Shown here one piece after another: positions 48,691 to 50,131 of a DNA stretch of 50,131 nt. Position numbers and translations under genes: made by a program. Position 1 is the stretch's first letter. The number at the start of each line of letters is the position of its first letter. The notes under the pieces were generated by a model. The model did no database searches and was not told the origin of the DNA. It saw nothing but the letters and a program-made list of their open reading frames with translations. The DNA comes from Candidatus Woesebacteria bacterium (GTDB lineage Bacteria > Patescibacteriota > Microgenomatia > UBA10105 > UBA927). Location: positions 1 through 50,131 of the forward strand of contig JBGALL010000004.1 of NCBI GenBank assembly GCA_044223895.1, in the 5' to 3' direction.

Positions 48691-49521
48691 CTATTTCCTC
48701 CCCATAAGAGTTCCAACACCTAACGCAGCAAACTCACTTGTTTTTAATAGTATCATGCCGAGACTTACCAACGGATCCTTCAACAGTAATTGTGGGTTTT
48801 TTAAAAACAAATAATACCGCTGCAAGATATTCCCTTGTTGAATTGCACTCCCTTGATTGGAAGATTTAGTGAAATATTGTCGCATAGAACGACCATAATA
48901 ATATTTTCGTTTTATTAACTCAGAGAACACTAATTTACCTTCATCGTGAATTATGTATTCAGAAATTCTAGCTACAGAATTTTTGCCGTAAGTAGATTTT
49001 ACTTTTTGGGGAAGATCAAAATCTTCGGGTCCGGACATTGTTTCATCATACTCTCCGACCTTATAAAAAACCTCTTTTCGAAAACAACGAGCGCTTTCAA
49101 TCCAGTCGATCCCTAAATAGAATTTTCGTTCCAATATTTTGCACTGTGACCAATATCCTTCTCCTACGGATTGTTCTGGTATAACTACTCCAACCATTGT
49201 TTTTTTATCGAGAGTATCTACACATTTTTCGACAACTCGAGGTGACAAAACCATATCTGCATCGAGGAACAGATAAATACTTCCTCTAGATTTTTTAGCA
49301 CCATAGTTACGTTGTGCTGAACGCTCTGGACCCTTTGTATATATATGAGAAGTAAATCTTTTGGCGATTGCAAGAGTTTTGTCTGTTGAGTTGTTATCAA
49401 CAATAATAATTTCTATCTGTTTATAGGTTTGTTTTTTTATGCTTACCAATAATGCTTCGATGGCGCTTTCCTCATTTTTGGTGGTTATGATTATTGATAC
49501 TAAAGGTAAATTTTCTCTCAT
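48691..49521 (-). CDS. GT2 glycosyltransferase
   Basis: VDNNSTD, GPERSAQRN, FLDADM and GPEDFD motifs. Confidence 0.93.
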   Translation of the reverse strand: MRENLPLVSIIITTKNEESAIEALLVSIKKQTYKQIEIIIVDNNSTDKTLAIAKRFTSHIYTKGPERSAQRNYGAKKSRGSIYLFLDADMVLSPRVVEKCVDTLDKKTMVGVVIPEQSVGEGYWSQCKILERKFYLGIDWIESARCFRKEVFYKVGEYDETMSGPEDFDLPQKVKSTYGKNSVARISEYIIHDEGKLVFSELIKRKYYYGRSMRQYFTKSSNQGSAIQQGNILQRYYLFLKNPQLLLKDPLVSLGMILLKTSEFAALGVGTLMGRK

Positions 49522-49524
49522 ATA

Positions 49525-50130
49525 CTATTGTTCGTTATACCTCAAACCACTCCAGATTAGGAGACCAAAGACCAAGACAATCATCGAGATATTTATAACT
49601 TTACTCAGACGCAAAAGCCACTGCTGAGGAAATATAAGGGTTAATAGACTAAAAGAACAAGCAATAAGAAAAATCCTATATATTCCATAAGAGAACCCAA
49701 AAGTTTGTTGCCAGGTATTCGAAAGTGATGCTAAACCAGGAATGAGCAGTATCGCCCAACTGATAATCATATTTTTATTAAAAAATTCCCTTATCAAGAA
49801 CGCTATCGCAATCATTAAAAATGGATATAGTGGATACCGGTACCACCCATGACCAGCCTCATTTGGTATAGCGAAAAGAAATAAACTAAAATACGCAAGA
49901 AACCCTAAAATAACGGGTAAGTATTCTTTTTTTTTCACTGAGGCAATAATGAAAAATGCTATATAGCCCAAATAGGTTAGTCCATCAAGAAAAAACCTAT
50001 CAGTAACTAATGGATTTAAAAATATTGAAAACATACTATCAAAAGCCATATCATATCTTGCTAGCTGCAAAGACCAGAGATTAATAAATAATTGTGAATC
50101 AAGTCTATAGCCATATAATAGAAAACACGA
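49525..50130 (-). CDS. C-terminal part of a GT-C/ArnT-like membrane protein (5' end outside the window)
   Basis: The frame stays open from 50070 to the window edge (SCFLLYGYRLDSQLFINLWSLQLARY). Multiple TM segments and a GWYRYPLYP motif. Confidence 0.7.
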   Translation of the reverse strand, partial: SCFLLYGYRLDSQLFINLWSLQLARYDMAFDSMFSIFLNPLVTDRFFLDGLTYLGYIAFFIIASVKKKEYLPVILGFLAYFSLFLFAIPNEAGHGWYRYPLYPFLMIAIAFLIREFFNKNMIISWAILLIPGLASLSNTWQQTFGFSYGIYRIFLIACSFSLLTLIFPQQWLLRLSKVINISMIVLVFGLLIWSGLRYNEQ

Positions 50131-50131
50131 A

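Noticed and set aside
1487-49627. Many 60-126 aa ORFs antisense to, or out of frame within, long genes (e.g. 1487, 8138, 12731, 17154, 24591, 29417, 45893)
   Set aside because: They lie largely or wholly within well-supported CDSs and have no recognisable motifs.
9762-49936. A/T homopolymers of 8-9 nt as phase-variation tracts
   Set aside because: Expected at this AT content, and the genes containing them are in frame.
1-50131. CRISPR array, IS/transposase, integrase, prophage, rRNA/tRNA genes, recoded TGA
   Set aside because: I saw no repeat-spacer periodicity or such motifs, and TGA terminates several well-defined genes.

Overview
AT-rich, gene-dense bacterial window (standard code; TGA is used as a stop), almost all on the minus strand. 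Gene content and order (DUF4012-like, recO, alpha2-type glyQS, many GT-C membrane proteins) suggest a CPR/Patescibacteria genome, probably Microgenomates-like; this is inference, not a database result. About 3.0-50.1 kb is one large surface-glycosylation locus. It holds a priming sugar transferase, ManC, GalE, UDP-GlcA decarboxylase, Fcl, a WecB-like epimerase, two DegT aminotransferases (one broken), about 12 soluble GT2/GT4-type glycosyltransferases, 8 large GT-C-type membrane proteins, several methyl/acetyltransferases and a SET protein. I recognise no wzx/wzy/wzm/wzt genes. Most interesting signals: (1) a complete transcriptional Gly T-box riboswitch before glyQS with an ultra-short Stem I and apparently no Stem II; (2) an unexplained GC-rich structured, ops-like element at 47890-47970; (3) an RGP/UDP-arabinopyranose-mutase-like gene which, with Uxs, GalE and AftD-like GT-Cs, suggests a plant-like UDP-Araf route; (4) an orphan GT4 N-domain gene beside a GT4 with an internal start site at its domain linker; (5) an O-antigen-ligase/GT-C fusion; (6) recurrent leaderless-type promoters. 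All family calls are from motif recognition by eye.
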